Shown here: positions 60,229-64,000 of the stretch, piece after piece
Layout of the letters: every line of letters starts with the position of its first letter
Numbering within the stretch: position 1 is the stretch's first letter
NCBI GenBank assembly: GCA_963773815.1
Contig: CAVZCI010000020.1
Coordinates: 74,900-138,899, forward strand
Length of the DNA: 64,000 bases
Source of the DNA: an uncultured Acidobacteriota bacterium
GTDB lineage: Bacteria; Acidobacteriota; Thermoanaerobaculia; UBA5066; DATFVB01
Direction: 5' to 3'
Position numbers and translations under genes: made by a program
The notes under the pieces: generated by a model
Database searches by the model: none
What the model was told of the DNA's origin: nothing
Seen by the model: the letters and a program-made list of their open reading frames with translations, nothing else

Positions 60229-60672
60229 ATGGAATTCCCGCTGGAAGTCGAATCGACCCGCGAGGACCAGACCCGGAGCATCGGGAGACTCCTCGCGTCC
60301 GAATTGCGCGTGAATGACGTCGTGGCGCTCTCGGGCGAGCTCGGCGCGGGCAAAACGGTCTTCGTTCGAGGGCTCGCCGAAGGGCTCGGGGCCGATCCGG
60401 TGGAGGTCGCCTCGCCGACGTTCGCCCTGTTGCACGAATACGAATGCCGCGCCGGAAGCCCCGCGCTCGTCCACCTCGACCTCTACCGACTCCCGGACCG
60501 CGAGGACGAGCTTCGCGAAATCGGTCTGCCCGAGGTCGTTTCGGGAAAGATCACCGCCGTGGAGTGGCCGAATTCCTCGAGCGAAGCGATCCTCCGTGTC
60601 CGATACCGCGTTCGGCTCGAACCGGGGCCCGGCGACTCGAGGCGAATCCGCCTCGAACGGGAGCTGCAATAA
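60229..60672 (+). CDS. tsaE: tRNA t6A37 biosynthesis ATPase TsaE
   Basis: ATG 60229: MEFPLEVESTREDQTRSIGRLLA...VVALSGELGAGKTVFVRGLAEGLG...SPTFALLHEY...HLDLYRL. As sequenced it is in frame with the shifted nnr tail. Confidence 0.85.
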   Translation: MEFPLEVESTREDQTRSIGRLLASELRVNDVVALSGELGAGKTVFVRGLAEGLGADPVEVASPTFALLHEYECRAGSPALVHLDLYRLPDREDELREIGLPEVVSGKITAVEWPNSSSEAILRVRYRVRLEPGPGDSRRIRLERELQ

Positions 60673-61255
60673 TGATGTCATTCCTGCGGCGCTCGTTTCT
60701 GGCCGGCGTGCTGACCTGGTCCCGTTGATCGTGACGTTCTGGGTCTTTCGGTTTCTGTTCAACTTCTTCGACGGACTGCTTGCCCCCGTGGCCGACCGGG
60801 CCTTCGAGCGCCACGTTCCGGGGCTGGGGCTGGTCTTCTCGCTGCTGCTGGTTCTGACGGTCGGGGCGATTGCTTCCAACATGGTCGGCAAAAAAATTCT
60901 TGCTTACGTCTCGAAAATTCTAGAGAATACGCCGCTGGTCAAGACTGTTTATTCGGCGGCGAAGCAGATGGTTTCGGCGCTCTCCCCGGCCGGCGGGGGG
61001 TTGAAAAGGGTGGTCCTGATTGAGTATCCCCGAAAAGGCATCTACTCAATCGGGTTCTTGACTTCCCGGGCCGGGTGGCAAATTCCTGCCGGCCAGGGAC
61101 GAAAGTGGGTGTCGGTCCTGATTCCGGCCGCGCTCAACCCGACCAGCGGGATGGTCGTGGTGGCCCCGGAGGAGGAATTGCTGGATCCTGGCTTCTCGGT
61201 CGAAGAAGGCGTTAAACTGGTGGTTTCCGGGGGCTTCGTCGCCCCGGATCCGTAG
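60672..61255 (+). pseudogene. DUF502-family membrane protein; one frameshift as sequenced
   Basis: ATG 60672: MMSFLRRSFLAGVLT (ORF 60444..60728 tail). Then LVPLIVTFWVFRFLFNFFDGLLAPV...VVLIEYPRKGIYSIGFLT...TSGMVVVAP... is in the ORF 60314..61255 frame. Indel near 60714..60717. Confidence 0.75.
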
Positions 61256-61274
61256 CAGCAGGAGCGAGTCGCGA

Positions 61275-62138
61275 ATGAAATTCAACTCAGCGAAGAGTCG
61301 GTTGGCCGGAAAGTCGCTTCTCTCGTCGATCCTTCTCGCCTCCGTCCTGGCCTTGTGCGGATGCAACAAGTTCCAGTCGCGCGCGGAAATCCGGCAGGGC
61401 AACGAATTCTTCCGCGTCGGCAGGTACGATACGGCTCTCGCGAAATACAATCACGCGCTCCAGCTCGATCCGGGCGAAAAGAAGCTGTACAAGAACATCG
61501 GCCTGGCCTACATGGGGCTTTACCAGCCCGGCTCGAAGCACCCGAAAGACCTCGAATACTCGCAGCAGGCGATCGACAACCTGAAGAAGTACGTCGACGC
61601 GTTCCCGAACGACAAGAAAGCTCCCGAATTCCTCGTCACGATGTACCTCAACTCGGGCCGGCTCGACGACGCGCTCGCGTTCTTCCAGGCCTACAGTCAG
61701 AAGCACCCGCAGGACGTGAAGGCGATGGAAACGATGGCGAACCTGTATTTTCAGAAGGCCGATTTTCCCCACGGCGTCGAGATGATGGAAAACGCCATGA
61801 AGATCACCGGGCCGAAAAAGGAAACCTACGAAACGATCGGCGCCCAGGCGTGGGACAAGGCCCACAACTATCCGGAATTGACGGATGAGCAGCGTCAGGC
61901 GGTCGTCACCCAGGGAATCGACGCGATGAACAAGTCCCTCGCGATCGACCCGAACTACCCGGAGGCCCTCGCGTTCATCAATCTCCTGTACCGCGAACAG
62001 GCGAAGCTCGACCAGAAGACCGATCCGAAGAAGGCCGAGGAAGACATCGCGAAGGCGGACGAGTACCGCAACAAGGCGATCGAGCTCCAGAAGCTGAAGC
62101 AATCTCAGGCCGCGGCAGACAAGCAGGCGGGGAAATAG
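61275..62138 (+). CDS. TPR-repeat lipoprotein
   Basis: ORF 61275..62138 with lipobox VLALCGC and several TPR-like units (e.g. GRYDTALAKYNHALQLDP, GRLDDALAFFQAYSQKHPQD). Confidence 0.75.
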   Translation: MKFNSAKSRLAGKSLLSSILLASVLALCGCNKFQSRAEIRQGNEFFRVGRYDTALAKYNHALQLDPGEKKLYKNIGLAYMGLYQPGSKHPKDLEYSQQAIDNLKKYVDAFPNDKKAPEFLVTMYLNSGRLDDALAFFQAYSQKHPQDVKAMETMANLYFQKADFPHGVEMMENAMKITGPKKETYETIGAQAWDKAHNYPELTDEQRQAVVTQGIDAMNKSLAIDPNYPEALAFINLLYREQAKLDQKTDPKKAEEDIAKADEYRNKAIELQKLKQSQAAADKQAGK

Positions 62139-62140
62139 CG

Positions 62141-62869
62141 ATGTTTGAAAATCAGCTGATCGAATCCGTTCATCGAAAGGGCACCGGGAAGAAGCCCCTG
62201 ACCTTCGTCATTTCTCTGCTCGTGCATGGAGTCGTCATCGGATCCCTCGTTGCCGCTTCCCTCTGGTTCGTCGAGGAGGTCCCGGAACCGCCGATTCCGA
62301 TCCAGTTCTACGCCGCGGCTCCGCCGCCTCCCCCGCCCCCGCCGCCGGCCCCGAAGGCCGCGCCTCAGAAAACCGAACAGAAAGTCACGACCGTGAAACC
62401 GACCCAGGTCACGGCGCCGACCGTCATCCCGGACATCATTCCGCTTCCCCTCCCGAAACCCGAGCCGGAGGCCCCGCCGTCCGAAGGCGTTGAGGGCGGC
62501 GTCGAGGGAGGCGTGCCGGGCGGAGTCGTCGGCGGCGTCCTCGGCGGCGTCAAGGGAGGGACGGGAAGCGATCTCGGCGCGCCTCTCCGGATCGGTGGCG
62601 ACGTGAAGGCCCCGATCCTGAAGGAACGCATCGAGCCGGTCTACCCGGAAGCCGCCCGGAAAGCGCGCATGCAGGGCGTCGTCATCCTGGAGGCGATCAT
62701 CACGGCGGAGGGAAGCGTCGCGGACGTGAAAGTCCTCAAATCGATCAACCCGCTGCTGGACTCCGCCGCGGAGCGGGCCGTTTCCCGATGGATGTACAAG
62801 CCCGCGACCCTCAATGGCCGGGCGGTCTCGGTTTATCTCACCGTGACGGTCAACTTCCAACTGCATTGA
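62141..62869 (+). CDS. tonB: Energy transducer TonB
   Basis: ORF 62141..62869 with an N-terminal TM helix, a Pro-rich spacer (PPPPPPPPPAPK), GGV repeats, and a C-terminal domain P.YPEAARKARMQGVVILEAIITAEGSVADVKVLKS...A..AVSRWMYKPATLNGRAV. Confidence 0.88.
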   Translation: MFENQLIESVHRKGTGKKPLTFVISLLVHGVVIGSLVAASLWFVEEVPEPPIPIQFYAAAPPPPPPPPPAPKAAPQKTEQKVTTVKPTQVTAPTVIPDIIPLPLPKPEPEAPPSEGVEGGVEGGVPGGVVGGVLGGVKGGTGSDLGAPLRIGGDVKAPILKERIEPVYPEAARKARMQGVVILEAIITAEGSVADVKVLKSINPLLDSAAERAVSRWMYKPATLNGRAVSVYLTVTVNFQLH

Positions 62870-62917
62870 CCATTGCGCGTTTGAACTTAACGTAAGGATG
62901 AGGAGGAATTAGCAATC

Positions 62918-63595
62918 ATGTTGGAAATTTGGAACTCAATGAGCTGGATTGCCCGGTCGGTGGTCATCATTCTCGCCCTGCTTTCCGTCTACTCCATCAC
63001 CGTCATGATCGAGCGGCTGGTCACATTCGCGAAGGCGAAAAAACAGTCCCTCCTCTTTGCCCGCCAGGTCACGGCGTTTCTCAAGCAGGACAACATCGCC
63101 GGCGCGATCGCGGAGTCCAAGAAATACAAGGACAGCCACCTCGCGCGCGTCGTCTCGGCGGGACTCTACGAGTTCCAGTACGAGATTCAGTCGGGCGCGC
63201 TGGACGCACCCGGCCATGACATGGTCGAGGCGGCGAAGCGAGCCGTCGAGCGGGAAGCGCTCATGGTGACAGCCGACTTCAAGCGCGGGATCGGCGGCCT
63301 CGCGACGATCGCGACGACGGCGCCGTTCATCGGACTGTTCGGCACGGTCGTCGGAATCATTCACTCCTTCGAGGGGATCTCGAAGGGCGGCGGCGGCAAC
63401 CTGGCGAGCGTCTCCGGAGGTATCGCCGAAGCGCTGTGGACGACCGCGGCGGGCCTGTTCGTGGCCATCCCGGCCGTCTGGATGTTCAACTTCTTCATGA
63501 ACAAGATCGAGCGTTTCCAGGTGGAAATGTCGAACTCGGCTTCTGAATTGCTCGATTACTTCGTCAAGCGGAAGGGCGCCGCCCGGGCGTCCTGA
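62918..63595 (+). CDS. exbB: MotA/TolQ/ExbB-family proton channel
   Basis: ORF 62918..63595 with three TM helices, ...LATIATTAPFIGLFGTVVGII...GGIAEALWTTAAGLFVAIPA... Located next to tonB and exbD. Confidence 0.85.
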   Translation: MLEIWNSMSWIARSVVIILALLSVYSITVMIERLVTFAKAKKQSLLFARQVTAFLKQDNIAGAIAESKKYKDSHLARVVSAGLYEFQYEIQSGALDAPGHDMVEAAKRAVEREALMVTADFKRGIGGLATIATTAPFIGLFGTVVGIIHSFEGISKGGGGNLASVSGGIAEALWTTAAGLFVAIPAVWMFNFFMNKIERFQVEMSNSASELLDYFVKRKGAARAS

Positions 63596-63618
63596 TCGCG
63601 GATCCGAGGGAGGTCGAA

Positions 63619-64000
63619 ATGGACTTAGGCGCAGACAAAGGGAACATCCGAAGCGAGATCAACGTCACGCCGCTCGTGGACGTCTGCCTCGTGCTCCTCA
63701 TCATCTTCATGGTCGTGACGCCCATGCTCGGCACGGGCGACATCAGCCTTCCGCGAACGAACCAGCCGTCCAAGAAACCGGAGGACCAGAAGCAGCTGGT
63801 CCTGACCGTCAAGTACAGCAATCCGCCGATGTACGGAGTCGCGGAAACTCAATATTCCCGCGCCGATTTCGAAAAAGCCGTCGACGAGGCTTACCAGCGC
63901 AACTCGACGCGACCCGTCGTGATCAAGGCCGATTCCCGGCTCACGTGGAAAGACGTGCGTGATGCGATGCGGGTCGCGAAAGATGCCGGCTTCGAGAACG
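63619..64000 (+). CDS. exbD: ExbD/TolR-family protein (3' end beyond the window)
   Basis: Hand translation from ATG 63619 gives MDLGADKGNIRSEINVTPLVDVCLVLLIIFMVVTPML...VVIKADSRLTWKDVRDAMRVAKDAGF. No stop before 64000, so it is absent from the ORF track. Confidence 0.85.
   Translation, partial: MDLGADKGNIRSEINVTPLVDVCLVLLIIFMVVTPMLGTGDISLPRTNQPSKKPEDQKQLVLTVKYSNPPMYGVAETQYSRADFEKAVDEAYQRNSTRPVVIKADSRLTWKDVRDAMRVAKDAGFEN

Overview
This is a high-GC bacterial chromosomal segment. It probably comes from an Acidobacteriota-like genome or MAG; that is an inference from a protein at 56257..57960 with the hallmark of the acidobacterial VWFA family, plus the general gene content. All protein calls were made by eye from conserved motifs and operon context. 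No database search was run, and frameshift positions are approximate (about +/-10 nt).

Layout:
- 1..33685 is an almost unbroken minus-strand block of translation and transcription genes: secY (5' end), the spc and S10 operons, tuf, fusA-rpsG-rpsL, rpoC-rpoB, rplL-J-A-K, nusG-secE, tRNA-Trp, rpmG, a second tuf copy, four tRNAs (Thr-Gly-Tyr-Thr), rlmB-ispF-ispD, frr-pyrH-tsf-rpsB and rpsI-rplM.
- 33890..44326 and 47506..64000 carry housekeeping and envelope genes: ubiE, folD, coaE, rdgB, a Ser/Thr kinase, an aldo-keto reductase, a methyltransferase, pepA, purC, lipA, ubiD, an asparaginase, MscS, TlpA, an OMP, VWFA, nnr, tsaE, and TPR-TonB-ExbB-ExbD.
- 44327..47150 is a visibly lower-GC islet with a RelE/ParE-RHH toxin-antitoxin pair, a gene remnant, a secreted esterase and unknown small ORFs.

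The dominant peculiarity is that, as sequenced, the window holds on the order of 50 reading-frame breaks in conserved genes. They are very unevenly spread: dozens within 29.95-32.65 kb, and none between 13.3 and 28.4 kb. One tuf copy also has an in-frame amber codon.

I found no CRISPR array, transposase, integrase, phage gene or clear multi-gene novel system. The most interesting leads are:
- a Cys-rich insertion in RpoB;
- a GC-rich palindromic element family absorbed into gene 3' ends;
- the islet cassette of unknown ORFs;
- a catalytically dead M48-like lipoprotein;
- the indel hot-zone itself.
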